A stretch of 64,000 bases of DNA from Candidatus Limnocylindria bacterium (GCA_035651155.1 DASRGG010000028.1:55041-119040), one strand, 5' to 3'. Positions 30,290 through 41,873 are shown, counted from the stretch's first letter. Notes: generated by a model from the sequence alone, not told the origin. Numbers and translations: made by a program.

Positions 30290-31149
30290 GACGTCCCCGG
30301 CTCACCCGTGCCGCGCGCTCGTATGCGCTCGGGCCCGGAGTACACGTTGAAGCTCTCACCCCGCAGGAATCCGACGAGCGTCAGTCCGAAGCGCACGGCC
30401 GTCGCGACCGCGAGGCTCGACGGCGCGCCCACCGCGACGAGCATCGGGATCCCGGCGGCGACCGCCTTCTGCACGAGCTCGTAGCCCCCGCGACCGCTCA
30501 CCACGAGGATCGTTCCCGCGAGCGGCACGCGGCGATCGAGGACCGCGCGGCCGACGACCTTGTCGACGGCGTTGTGCCGCCCGATGTCCTCGCGGAGCGT
30601 GACGAGCTCGCCGCCCGACGTGAAGAGACCGGCGGCGTGCAGCCCTCCGGTGAGATCGAAGAGCCGCTGCCGCTCGCGCAGCCGCTCGGCCAGCGGCGGC
30701 AGCACCGCCGCGTCGACCACGGGCCCCGGCGCGAGCGGGGGGTGATCGTGCGCGAGATCGTCCAGCGTCGTCGCGCCGCACACGCCGCACGCCGAGCTCG
30801 ACAGGAAGGAGCGGCGCGGCCGGCGCGCGGCCGTCGTCGCGAGATGGACGTCGACGGCGTTCGATTCGAGCAGGTCGGACGCGACGGTCACGCGCTCCTC
30901 GCGCTCGCCGGCCTCGGCCGATATGCGCAGCCCGGCCACGTCGTCCAGCGAGGTGATGACGCGCTCCGCGTGGAGCAGCCCGAGCGCGAGCTCGATGTCG
31001 CTCCCCGGCGTGCGCATGATCACGCTGAGCGGCTCGCCGTCGAGGAGGAGCTGCAGCGGCTCCTCGGCGGCGATGTCGTCGCCGGCCGCGCTCCACGAGC
31101 CTCCCTCGTACCGGCCGATGCGAACGCGCCGCGACGGCGCTCGTGCCAT
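30286..31149 (-). CDS. fdhD: Formate dehydrogenase accessory sulfurtransferase FdhD
   Basis: 287 aa with SACGVCG, GGLHAAGLF and GRHNAVDK, the FdhD hallmarks. Confidence 0.88.
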   Translation of the reverse strand: MARAPSRRVRIGRYEGGSWSAAGDDIAAEEPLQLLLDGEPLSVIMRTPGSDIELALGLLHAERVITSLDDVAGLRISAEAGEREERVTVASDLLESNAVDVHLATTAARRPRRSFLSSSACGVCGATTLDDLAHDHPPLAPGPVVDAAVLPPLAERLRERQRLFDLTGGLHAAGLFTSGGELVTLREDIGRHNAVDKVVGRAVLDRRVPLAGTILVVSGRGGYELVQKAVAAGIPMLVAVGAPSSLAVATAVRFGLTLVGFLRGESFNVYSGPERIRARGTGEPGTS

Positions 31150-31158
31150 GCGAAGAGG

Positions 31159-31782
31159 TTAGTCGCGTGGCGCGCGGAGCGAGGCGACGAACGCCTCGTA
31201 GTCCGCGGGCGTGTCGAGATCGGCGACCTCGTCCGGCGCGATGCCCGCCTCGACGAGCTCGCCCTCGCCGACGGAGAGGACGTCGAGCGTCGCGAGGCAG
31301 GCGCTCACCCGCCGGCCGCCGCCGTCGAGGAACGCGGTGATCCGGGATGCCGCGCCCCGCCCGTAGGCGGCGCACGCCGGCTGATCGACGCCGCCGACGC
31401 GCGGCACCGCGGCGTCGTGACGGCCCAGCCGGTCGAGCAGCAGGCTCGCGAGCGCCGCCGACGCGCGCGGCATGTCGCACGCGAGCACGAACGCGCGCTC
31501 CGTCCGCATCGCCAGCAGCCCGGCCTCCATTCCCGCGAGCGGTCCCGCGCCCGGATGCCGGTCGGCCACCACGCGCGCGCCCGACACGTGAGCGCCGCAC
31601 ACGATCGTCTCGGCGAACGCCGGACCGAGGCGGCGCGCGATCCACTCGACGAGCGTGCCGCCCGCGACGGGGAGGGTGGCCTTGTCGCGTCCCATCCGGA
31701 CGGAGCGCCCGCCCGCGAGGAGAACGAGCGTCGCGTCGCGCGTCAGCGGTACGACCCGGGCGCGTGACGCCACCCGCTCCAC
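31159..31782 (-). CDS. mobA: Molybdenum cofactor guanylyltransferase
   Basis: LVLLAGGRSVRMGRDKATL...GPLAGM...ACDMP. The start may be the downstream GTG (VVPLTRD...). Confidence 0.8.
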   Translation of the reverse strand: MERVASRARVVPLTRDATLVLLAGGRSVRMGRDKATLPVAGGTLVEWIARRLGPAFAETIVCGAHVSGARVVADRHPGAGPLAGMEAGLLAMRTERAFVLACDMPRASAALASLLLDRLGRHDAAVPRVGGVDQPACAAYGRGAASRITAFLDGGGRRVSACLATLDVLSVGEGELVEAGIAPDEVADLDTPADYEAFVASLRAPRD

Positions 31783-32495
31783 GCATCGGCGTCGTGCGAC
31801 GTGAAGACGCGCGTGAGATCGTCCTTCACGAGCGACCGGATGAGCGCGAGCGACGCCTTCGCGGCCTCCGGGTCCATCGCCGGGATCTCGCCGCGCTCGA
31901 GGTTCGCGCGGCTGAAGGCGGCGTCGCCCGTGAGCACCACCCGGCCGGTCTCCGCCAGGTCGACCACGAGCGATTGATGGCCGGGCGCGTGTCCCGGCGT
32001 AGGCACGACCTCCACGCCGCGCGCGACTCGCGACCGCCCCGACACCGGGACGTAGGTGAGCTCCGCGATGTCCCAGTACACGCCCGGGAAGCTCGGCTTT
32101 CCCTTCGCGTACGCGAGGTGCTCGGCCTGCACGATGAACGTCGCGTTCGGGAACGCGCCATTGTTGCCGGCATGATCGAAATGGAGATGGCTGTTCACCA
32201 CGACGGTGATGTCGTCCGGACGCAGGCCGAGGACGGCGAGGCGCGAGACGACCGCGTCGGCGTCGTCCATGACGACGTGCGGCCCGCTCTGGGCGCCGAA
32301 GGTCGCGTCCGGGCGTGCCACGTGCACCGGATGCAGGCCCGTGTCGAAGAGGATGTTCCCGTCCGGTGTCCGCAGCAGCGCGGACCAGACCGGAGCGACG
32401 ACGCGCTCCTCACGCGCGGCGCCCTGGAGCCACGGCGCGAACGCCGACCTCGCGATATCGACGGCGCCCGAGCGGAACAGACTGAGCTCGATCAC
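31743..32495 (-). CDS. MBL-fold metallo-hydrolase (lactonase-like)
   Basis: VVNSHLHFDHAGNNG, the HxHxDH motif. GTG start at 32495 (VIELSLFRSG...); the upstream ORF portion is R-rich noise. Confidence 0.7.
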   Translation of the reverse strand: MIELSLFRSGAVDIARSAFAPWLQGAAREERVVAPVWSALLRTPDGNILFDTGLHPVHVARPDATFGAQSGPHVVMDDADAVVSRLAVLGLRPDDITVVVNSHLHFDHAGNNGAFPNATFIVQAEHLAYAKGKPSFPGVYWDIAELTYVPVSGRSRVARGVEVVPTPGHAPGHQSLVVDLAETGRVVLTGDAAFSRANLERGEIPAMDPEAAKASLALIRSLVKDDLTRVFTSHDADAWSGWRHAPGSYR

Positions 32496-32530
32496 GTGTT
32501 CAGGACATGATGAGCCGACCAGGAGGGACC

Positions 32531-33196
32531 ATGACGGAGCTGTCTCACGTACACCTTCCGCGCGACGACGAGGAGGTCCGGGCGCCCGAGCTCGTGCGGC
32601 ACCGCGAGCTCGCGCCCGAGCAATGGACGCGATTCGAGGGCTACATGGCCGAGATCTTCCGCGCGTTCGGCATGCGGCTCGACACGCCCGGTACGAAGGA
32701 GACGCCACGCCGGTTCGTGCGCGCGCTCTTCGACGCGACCGAAGGCTATGAGGGCGATCCGAAGCTGCTGACGGCGTTCCCGACGGAATGCAAGGGCGGT
32801 CCGAGCTGCGAGATCAACCAGATCGTCGAGGGACCGATCCCCTTCTTCGCGCTGTGCGAGCATCACGCCTTCCCGTTCTACGGCCAGGCCTACGTCGGCT
32901 ACATCGCGCACGAGCAGATCATCGGCATCAGCAAGCTCACGCGGCTCGTGCGCGTCTGGGCGCGTCGCTTCACGGTGCAGGAGCGCATGGGCGATCAGAT
33001 CGCGGACACCCTCCAGTCGCTCGTCAAGGCCCACGGCGTCGCGGTTCACGTCGAGGCGCATCACTTCTGCACGCAGATGCGCGGCGTCCGCGAGCTGAAC
33101 CCGAAGACGCGCACCGCGGTGTGGCGTGGCGAGTACGCGAAGGACGCGCACCTGCGCGACGAGTTCTTCCAGCTGACCCGCAGCCGTTCGGGCTGA
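32531..33196 (+). CDS. folE: GTP cyclohydrolase I
   Basis: AGGAGGG ribosome-binding site 4 nt before the ATG (MTELSHVHLP...). FFALCEHHAFPFYGQAYVGYI and HHFCTQMRGV motifs. Confidence 0.9.
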   Translation: MTELSHVHLPRDDEEVRAPELVRHRELAPEQWTRFEGYMAEIFRAFGMRLDTPGTKETPRRFVRALFDATEGYEGDPKLLTAFPTECKGGPSCEINQIVEGPIPFFALCEHHAFPFYGQAYVGYIAHEQIIGISKLTRLVRVWARRFTVQERMGDQIADTLQSLVKAHGVAVHVEAHHFCTQMRGVRELNPKTRTAVWRGEYAKDAHLRDEFFQLTRSRSG

Positions 33197-33197
33197 C

Positions 33198-34007
33198 GTG
33201 CTGGCGACGCTGCTCGAGCGCGCGGCGGGAGACGCGCTGCCGCTCTCCGCGCCGCTCCTCGAGCGCTACGGCGGTCCGCTGCGCTTTCCCGCCCGCGCGC
33301 CGTACGTCTTCGCGAATTTCGTGAGCACGCTCGACGGTATCGTCTCGTACGACGTGCCCGGCCTCGAGGCCGCGGCGCAGGTCAGCGGCGGACACGCGTC
33401 CGATCGATTCGTGCTCGCGCTGCTGCGCGCGGTCTCCGACGCCGTCGTCGTCGGGGCGGGCACGCTGCGCAAGGAGCCGACGAGCGTGTGGACGCCGCGG
33501 CACGTCTTCCCCGACGCGGCGGCGGAGTTCGCCGCGCTGCGCGGCGCGCTCGGACTCCGGCCCCAGCCGCTCACCGTCGTGGTCAGCGCGTCGGGGGACC
33601 TCGACCTCTCGCTGCCCGCGTTCCGCTCCGGCGTCCCGGTCGTCGTGGCCACCACGGTCGGATCCGCGCGGCGCCTGCCAGCTCCGGCGGGCGTGCGCGT
33701 CATCGCTCTCGCGGAGCGCGCGCCGCTGCCGACGTCCGCGATCGTCGCCCTCGCCGCGCGCGAAGGGGGACCGCGCGTGCTCACCGAAGGCGGCCCGCGC
33801 CTGCTCGGACAGTTCCTCGAGGACGGCGCGCTCGACGAGCTCTTCCTCACCATCGCGCCGCGCCTTGCGGGCCGCGGCGAGGACGCGCGGCGTCTCGGTC
33901 TGGTCGAGGGCGTCGCGTTCACGCCGGATCGCGCGCCGCGCGGCCGGCTCGTGTCGGTCAAGTCGGCGGACGATTACCTGTTCACGCGCTTCGCGTTCCC
34001 GGGCTAG
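33198..34007 (+). CDS. RibD C-terminal domain / dihydrofolate-reductase-like family reductase
   Basis: 269 aa with FANFVSTLDGIVSYD...VVVGAGTLRKE...LTEGGPRLLGQFLEDGALDELFLTIAPRLAGRG. The GTG start is 1 nt after the folE TGA. Confidence 0.7.
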   Translation: MLATLLERAAGDALPLSAPLLERYGGPLRFPARAPYVFANFVSTLDGIVSYDVPGLEAAAQVSGGHASDRFVLALLRAVSDAVVVGAGTLRKEPTSVWTPRHVFPDAAAEFAALRGALGLRPQPLTVVVSASGDLDLSLPAFRSGVPVVVATTVGSARRLPAPAGVRVIALAERAPLPTSAIVALAAREGGPRVLTEGGPRLLGQFLEDGALDELFLTIAPRLAGRGEDARRLGLVEGVAFTPDRAPRGRLVSVKSADDYLFTRFAFPG

Positions 34008-34010
34008 CGA

Positions 34011-34919
34011 TCAGCCCTTCGCGCGCACCTCGACGAAACCGTTGTCGCTCACGCGCGTCTCGAAGGCGATCTCGTCGAAGGTCGCGGGACCCGCGGCGGC
34101 GTGACCGTCCTTCACGCAGAAGCGCGACGCGTGCCACGGGCACTGGATCTCGCAGCGGTCCGCGCCGACCCAGGTGCCCTCGTTCAGCGGACCGCCGGCG
34201 TGCGTGCAGACGTTGGCGATCGCGTACACCGTGCCGTCGAGCTTCGCGACGAGGACGTCGACGCCCTGCTTCGTCCTGCCGACGACCGGCCTGCGGTCCT
34301 CGAGGCCGTTCGCCGCCACCTCGAGGCGCTGCCATTTCTCGCTCGTCTCGGCCCACGCCTGCCGGTTGACCTGCGTGCCGTAGCCGAACGCCATCTCGCC
34401 ACCGAAATACGCGGCGACCGCCATGATCAGCCAGCCCACCGTGGAGACGGCCACCGCGGTCGTGCGCTGGTCCGCGGCGCCACCCACGCGCATCCAGAGC
34501 GAGATGAGGAAGAACGCGGTCGCGACGACCATGAGGAGCCCGTGGAACATCCCGGTGCGGCGCTCCTCGGCATAGGTCTCGTTCCAGTCCGTGAGGCCGG
34601 AGGCGATCGACGCCAGCGACGTGACGAAGGATGCGACGAGCAGGAAGTCCGCGACGCGCACGAGCGACCGCTCCCCGGTGACGAGGATCAAGACGTCGAC
34701 GGCGACCATGGCGGTGTATCCGCCGACGGTCGCGTCGGTGAGGAGCGGATGGAGCGGGTGCTGGAGCGGCCACGTGCCGTGCAGCAGCGACTTGATCGAC
34801 CGCGTCCCCGGAAGCGCGTAGAAGCCGGTGACGATCGCGCCGAAGAAGCTGGCGAACGGGTCGAGCCACTTCGCGTCCTTGACCAGGCCGTGGCCGACGG
34901 TGTTGCGCGGACTGCTCAT
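34011..34919 (-). CDS. Membrane protein (about 4 TM helices) fused to a C-terminal Rieske [2Fe-2S] domain
   Basis: A hydrophobic N-terminal half followed by CTHAGGPL...CPWHASRF (Rieske CxH...CxxH). Confidence 0.75.
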   Translation of the reverse strand: MSSPRNTVGHGLVKDAKWLDPFASFFGAIVTGFYALPGTRSIKSLLHGTWPLQHPLHPLLTDATVGGYTAMVAVDVLILVTGERSLVRVADFLLVASFVTSLASIASGLTDWNETYAEERRTGMFHGLLMVVATAFFLISLWMRVGGAADQRTTAVAVSTVGWLIMAVAAYFGGEMAFGYGTQVNRQAWAETSEKWQRLEVAANGLEDRRPVVGRTKQGVDVLVAKLDGTVYAIANVCTHAGGPLNEGTWVGADRCEIQCPWHASRFCVKDGHAAAGPATFDEIAFETRVSDNGFVEVRAKG

Positions 34920-35000
34920 GTACGTACTCCTGTAGCACGAAGCGGACCTGCGCGCGCGACGGCTGTGCGACCCGACCGCCCGGCGGGCGTTCGAGCGACG

Positions 35001-35945
35001 CTATTGCCCGAGCAGCTCGTCGATCGCAGCGTAGGGATCGAGCTCGCGCCGCGCGACCCGCTCGACCGCGCGCTCGACGCGCTCGTCGCCGAGACGATCG
35101 CGGAGCCGCCGCACGAGCGCCTCGCGCAGGACGTCCTCGATCTCCGCGCGGGCGGCGTCTCGCCGGCGGCGCTCGCGCTCGCCGCTCTCCGCGGCCCACG
35201 CGGCGTGGCGCTCGATCGCGTCGGCGAGCTCGGGCACGCCGTCGCCCGTCGCCGCGACCGTGCGCACGATGGGCGGCTTCCAGGAGGTGCGCGCTCTGCC
35301 GAGGCTCAGCATCTGCGCGAGATCGCGCGCGGCGTCGTCGGCGCCGGGGCGGTCCGCCTTGTTCACGACGAGGACGTCCGCGATCTCGAGCACACCCGCC
35401 TTGATCGCCTGGATGTCGTCGCCGAGGCCGGGGACGGTGACGAGGCACACCGTGTCCGCGACACGCACGACCTCGACCTCCTCCTGCCCCACTCCCACCG
35501 TCTCGACGAGCACGACGCCGTAGCCGAGCGCGTCGAGGACGTTGACCACGCGGATGGTCGTCCGCGCGAGGCCGCCGGAGTGTCCGCGGCTCGCCATGCT
35601 GCGGATGAAGAGACCCTCGTCGAGGACGCGATCCGACATGCGGATGCGGTCGCCCAGCAGCGCGCCGCCGCTGAACGGGCTCGACGGATCGACCGCGACG
35701 ACGGCGACGCGCGCGCCCTGTTCGCGGTACGCACCGGCGAGGCGGTTCACGAGCGTGCTCTTCCCGCCGCCGGGCGGACCGGTCACGCCGACGACGCGGG
35801 CCGTGCCCGTCTTCGGATACAGCTGCCGCAGGACGTCCGCGGCGCCGAGCTCCTCGTTCTCGACGATCGTGAGGAGACGCGCGATCGCGCGCTTGTCGCC
35901 CTCGCGCGCGTGCGCGAGGAGCTCGTCCGACGCTGTCTGGGTCAT
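35001..35945 (-). CDS. meaB: Methylmalonyl-CoA mutase-associated GTPase MeaB (ArgK family)
   Basis: C-terminal 314 aa of ORF 35001..37106, including GVTGPPGGGKST and VNKAD. The ATG at 35945 overlaps the acyl-CoA dehydrogenase stop (ATGA). Confidence 0.88.
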   Translation of the reverse strand: MTQTASDELLAHAREGDKRAIARLLTIVENEELGAADVLRQLYPKTGTARVVGVTGPPGGGKSTLVNRLAGAYREQGARVAVVAVDPSSPFSGGALLGDRIRMSDRVLDEGLFIRSMASRGHSGGLARTTIRVVNVLDALGYGVVLVETVGVGQEEVEVVRVADTVCLVTVPGLGDDIQAIKAGVLEIADVLVVNKADRPGADDAARDLAQMLSLGRARTSWKPPIVRTVAATGDGVPELADAIERHAAWAAESGERERRRRDAARAEIEDVLREALVRRLRDRLGDERVERAVERVARRELDPYAAIDELLGQ

Positions 35946-37078
35946 CCCTGCTGCTCCACGAGATCGCGGGCGATCACGATGCGCTGCACCTCGCTGGTGC
36001 CCTCGCCGATCTCCATGAGGCGCGCGTCGCGCAGATGGCGCTCGATCGGATAGTCGCGCAGGTAGCCGTATCCGCCGAGGACCTGGAGGCACTCGTCGGC
36101 GGCGCGGCTCGCCGCCTCGGACGCGTACAGCTTCGCCTTCGATGCCTCGATGCGGAACGGGCGCCCCGCGTCGGCGAGCGCCGCCGCCCGATGCACGAGC
36201 AGCCGCGCCGCGTCCAGCTCGGTGCGCGCGGTCGCGAGCTTCCACTGGATCATCTCGAACCGCGCGATGGGACGGCCGAACTGCGTGCGCTGCTTCGCGT
36301 ACGCGACGGCGGTCTCGAGCGAGGCGCGGCCGAGACCCAGCGCCAGCGCGCCGATGCCGATGCGGCCCTTGTCGAGCACGAGGCGCACGTCCGCGAAGGC
36401 GTCGCCCTCGACGCCGATGCGGTCGGCCTCGGGGACACGGGCGTCCTCGAGCACGAGCTGCGACGTGTCGGACGCGTGGAGTCCCATCTTCCGTTCGCGC
36501 TTGCCGGGCCGGACACCCGCCGTGCCCCGGGCGATCCCGAAAGCCGAGAGCCGGCGCTCGGACGTCGCGACGTTCACCACGTAGAAGCCGGCGAGCGAGG
36601 CGTTGGTGATGAACTGCTTCGTCCCGCTCACGACGTACGCGCCGCCGTCCCTGCGCGCGCGGCTCCGCACCGCCGCGGCGTCGGAGCCCGAGCCGGGCTC
36701 GGTCAGCGCCCAGGCGCCGAGGTAGTCGCCGCGCGCGAGCGGCGGCAGCCAGCGACGCTTCTGCTCGTCGGACGCGCCGACCAGCAGGTGGCCGATGCAC
36801 AGCGAGTTGTGCGCCGCGAGCGTGAGCGCGACCGAGCCGTCGGCCGCGCCGAGCTCCTCCATGACCATCGCGATCGTGAGCGTGTCGAGCCCGGCGCCGC
36901 CGAGCTCGGTCGGGACCGCGAGCCCGGTGAGGCCGAGCGCGGCGAGCTCGGGAAGGAGCGCCATCGGGAACTCGCCCGCATCGCTCCAGGCGTCGGCGTT
37001 CGGCGCGATGCGCGTGCGCGCGAACTCGCGGACCGTGTCGCGGACGAGCAGCTGGTCGTTCCGGTAGGTGAAGTTCAC
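35942..37078 (-). CDS. Acyl-CoA dehydrogenase
   Basis: 378 aa of typical ACAD fold (GAWALTEPGSGSDAAAV...GGYGYLRDYPIERHLRDARL). Confidence 0.88.
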   Translation of the reverse strand: MNFTYRNDQLLVRDTVREFARTRIAPNADAWSDAGEFPMALLPELAALGLTGLAVPTELGGAGLDTLTIAMVMEELGAADGSVALTLAAHNSLCIGHLLVGASDEQKRRWLPPLARGDYLGAWALTEPGSGSDAAAVRSRARRDGGAYVVSGTKQFITNASLAGFYVVNVATSERRLSAFGIARGTAGVRPGKRERKMGLHASDTSQLVLEDARVPEADRIGVEGDAFADVRLVLDKGRIGIGALALGLGRASLETAVAYAKQRTQFGRPIARFEMIQWKLATARTELDAARLLVHRAAALADAGRPFRIEASKAKLYASEAASRAADECLQVLGGYGYLRDYPIERHLRDARLMEIGEGTSEVQRIVIARDLVEQQG

Positions 37079-37485
37079 GCGGTCCCGGACCGCGCGCCCT
37101 GCGCATACGCCGCGCGAACGTCGGCGTCGACCGTTGGAAGGATCTCGTCGACGAGCTTCTGGTCTTCTTCGAGGATCGCGCGGTCGACCGACCAGGCCCG
37201 CTCCCGCGCCGCCGAGATGCGCTGCCGCTGGTCCGCCGGCAGCTGCGCGAACGCGACGATCCGCGCGCGGGTGAGCCGCGTGCGCTCCTTGACGTCGTCG
37301 ACGCGCGTGAGCTCGCGGATCTGCGGGGTGAGCGCGCCGACGCGCGCGATGTCGCTGGGCACCGCCGCGGTCAGCTCGAAGCGCTTCTTCCAGAACTCGA
37401 TCGCCGTGCGCTCATCGCTACCGCGAAGATGCGCGAGCCCCTCGTCCACGGGCCGGGTGTCCTTCTTGCCGCCGAACAGTCCCAT
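37075..37485 (-). CDS. Hypothetical protein (136 aa) inside the acyl-CoA operon
   Basis: MGLFGGKKDTRPVDEGLAHLRGSDERTAIEFWKKRFELTAAV... has normal protein composition. The stop overlaps the ACAD start (ATGA). No family assigned. Confidence 0.45.
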   Translation of the reverse strand: MGLFGGKKDTRPVDEGLAHLRGSDERTAIEFWKKRFELTAAVPSDIARVGALTPQIRELTRVDDVKERTRLTRARIVAFAQLPADQRQRISAARERAWSVDRAILEEDQKLVDEILPTVDADVRAAYAQGARSGTA

Positions 37486-37497
37486 ATATCGCCTCCT

Positions 37498-37908
37498 TTA
37501 GACCCCGACCCTTCGCTTCCCCACCGCCTCGTTCACGTACCGCACGATCTCTTCCAATGAGGCGCCGGGCGGAAAGACCCGCTCCACGCCCACCTTCGCC
37601 AGACCGGGGACGTCGGCCTCCGGGATGATGCCGCCGCCGAAGAGCAGCACGTCGTGCATGCCCTTCTCGCGCATGAGCTCCGACACCCTCGGGAAGATGT
37701 AGTTGTGCGCGCCGGAGAGGAGGCTGATGCCGATGGCGTCGGCGTCCTCCTGCAGCGCCGTCTCGACGACCTGCTCGGGCGTGAGATGCACGCCCGTGTA
37801 GATGACCTCCATACCCGCGTCGCGGAGCGCCCGCGCGACCACCTTCGCGCCGCGGTCGTGCCCGTCGAGGCCCGCCTTCGCGACGACCACCCGGATCGGC
37901 CGCTTCAC
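37498..37908 (-). CDS. icmB: B12-binding small subunit of a split acyl-CoA mutase (isobutyryl-CoA mutase small subunit-like)
   Basis: 136 aa reading [29 protein letters not shown]...[10 protein letters not shown], with the DxHxxG cobalamin-binding motif. Confidence 0.85.
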   Translation of the reverse strand: MKRPIRVVVAKAGLDGHDRGAKVVARALRDAGMEVIYTGVHLTPEQVVETALQEDADAIGISLLSGAHNYIFPRVSELMREKGMHDVLLFGGGIIPEADVPGLAKVGVERVFPPGASLEEIVRYVNEAVGKRRVGV

Positions 37909-38058
37909 AGCGTCACCCCGAGATCCTTGTGCGGATGCGCGACGACCTCACGCGGCGTCGTGCCGGACGGCAGCCGCTCGTCGCATCGCTCCGCGGGCAG
38001 CGCGTCGACGACCGAGCGGGTCGAGAGATACAGGTGCTCGACGCGCGCGGGCAGCTCG

Positions 38059-38087
<29 letters not shown>
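37905..38087 (-). CDS. Possible coupled micro-ORF (60 aa) between icmA and icmB
   Basis: GTG start inside the icmA 3' end and a stop that overlaps the icmB ATG (ATGA). It fills a 150-nt gap that is otherwise non-coding in a tightly packed operon. Composition is not R/A-rich noise, and there is no homology. Confidence 0.2.
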
Positions 38088-39842
<1,755 letters not shown>

Positions 39843-39846
<4 letters not shown>

Positions 39847-40994
39847 GCCGCTGAAAGGAGCGAGCGCGCGATGACGAGGCGCTGCACCTCGCTCGTCCCC
39901 TCGTAGATCGTGGTGGCGCGCGCGTCGCGCGCGTAGCGCTCGATCTCGTAGTCGCGCATGAAGCCGTAGCCGCCGAACACCTGGACCGCGTCGTAGGTCA
40001 CGCGCTGCGCGGCTTCGCTCGCAAAGAGCTTCGCCATCGACGCCTCGCGCGTGAAGGGACGACCCGCGTCGCGCAGCCACGCCGCGCGATGCGCGAGCAG
40101 CCGCGCGGCGTCGACCTCCACGCGCGCGCGCGCGAGCGCGAAGCGGACCATCTCGAACGACAGGATCGACGCGCCGAACTGCTCGCGTCCGCGTCCGTAA
40201 CGGATCGCGCGCTCGATGGCCGCGCGGGCGATGCCGACCGATTGCGCGGCGATCCCGATGCGTCCGCCGTCAAGGCCGGCCATCGCGATGCCGAAACCCT
40301 TCCCCACCTCCCCGAGCACCGCGTCCGGGCCGACGCGCGCGCCGTCGAGGACGAGCGCGCTCGTGTCGGACGCGAGCAGACCGGTCTTCGGCTCGGGCGG
40401 ACCGATCGAAAGGCCGGGCGCGTCGCTCGGCACGAGGAACGCGGTGATGCCCGCGTGGGGCCTTCCGCTCTCGCGCTCCCCGACCCGCGCGAGGACGATG
40501 AAGAGCGGCGCGTAGCGGGCGTTGGTGATGAACTGCTTCTGGCCGGTGATGCGCCAGCCGTCACCGTCGCGGACGGCGGCCGCGCGCAGCGACGCGGCGT
40601 CGCTGCCGGAGGACGGCTCGGTGAGCGCGAACGCGCCGAGGCCGGAGCCGTCGCGCAGCGCCGGCAGCCAGCGCGCCCGCTGCGCCGCCGTGCCGTACCG
40701 GACGATCGATCCCGCGACGATGCCGCTGTTCACGGAGACGCCCACCGCGAGCGACGGCCAGGCGGCGGCGAGCTCCTCGAGCACGAGCGCGAACGCGACC
40801 GTCGACGCGCCGAGGCCGCCGTCGCGCTCCGGCGTCGTCATGCCGAGCACGCCGAGCTCGCCGAGCCCCCGGATCACCTCGCGCGGCAGCGTGCCGGCGC
40901 GCTCGGCGTCGGCGATCTTCGGCGCGAGCTCCCGCGCCCACCCGCGGACGGCGAGCGCGAGCTCGCGATCGGTCTCCGACGGCACGGGACGCAC
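39843..40994 (-). CDS. Acyl-CoA dehydrogenase
   Basis: 383 aa of ACAD fold ([15 protein letters not shown]...[21 protein letters not shown]). Confidence 0.88.
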
Positions 40995-41873
40995 CTAGCC
41001 CGACCCCTTCACCTTCTTCACGGCCTCCGTGAACGCCGGAACGAACTCGAAGAGATCGCCGACCACGCCGTAGTCGGCCACCTTGAAGATGTCGGCGTCG
41101 GGATCCTTGTTCACGGCGACGATCACCTTCGACGAGGTCATGCCCGCGAGGTGCTGGATGGCACCGGAGATCCCGAGCGCCACGTACAGGTCCGGGGTCA
41201 CGGTCTTGCCGGTCTGCCCGACCTGCTCCTCGTTCGGGCGCCAGCCCGCGTCGGTCACGGCGCGCGACGCCCCGGTCGCGGCGCCGAGCGCGTCCGCGAG
41301 CTCCTCCACCAGCTTCCAATTCTCCGGCCCCTTGAGGCCGCGCCCGGCCGACACGACCGCGCGGGCTTCCGCGAGCGACACGCGGCTTCCGCCGCTCGCC
41401 GTCGCTTCGAAGCGTCCGTACCGCAGGCGCTCGTCGGAGGCGGCCGCCGCGATCTCGTTCACGCCGGGCGCGGGAGCGCTCGCCGGCAGGGTCCACGCGC
41501 CCGCGCGCACGGAGACGACCGCCGGGAGCGGGACCTTCACGACGGCGCGGATCTTCCCCGCGTACATCGGACGCCTCACCTCGACCGCGCCGTCCGCGGG
41601 CGTCACGTCGGTGCAGTCGGCCGCGTATGCCCACCCGAGCTTCGCCGCGGCGCGCGCGCCGAGGTCGCGGCCGCCCAGCGTCGCGCCGACGAGCACGAGG
41701 TCGGCGCCCCTGGCCTTCTCCGCGACCGCCGCGCTCCACGCCATCGGCAGGTAGCGGTCGCCCTTCACGGCGACGACCTCGACGTCGCCGAAGCCCTGCG
41801 CCTTCGCCGCGATCTCGCTCGAGACGCGGCGGAGCTCGCCGTCTTTCCGTTCCGCGACGACCAGGATCTTCAT
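40995..41873 (-). CDS. etfA: Electron transfer flavoprotein alpha subunit
   Basis: MKILVVAERKDGEL...VALGISGAIQHLAGM. The ATG at 41873 overlaps the etfB stop (ATGA). Confidence 0.88.
   Translation of the reverse strand: MKILVVAERKDGELRRVSSEIAAKAQGFGDVEVVAVKGDRYLPMAWSAAVAEKARGADLVLVGATLGGRDLGARAAAKLGWAYAADCTDVTPADGAVEVRRPMYAGKIRAVVKVPLPAVVSVRAGAWTLPASAPAPGVNEIAAAASDERLRYGRFEATASGGSRVSLAEARAVVSAGRGLKGPENWKLVEELADALGAATGASRAVTDAGWRPNEEQVGQTGKTVTPDLYVALGISGAIQHLAGMTSSKVIVAVNKDPDADIFKVADYGVVGDLFEFVPAFTEAVKKVKGSG

Noticed and set aside
37909-38058. Cobalamin riboswitch in the icmA-icmB spacer
   Set aside because: No B12-box (GCCACTG-like) core is present, and the spacer is too short. B12-dependent enzyme genes are not usual riboswitch targets.
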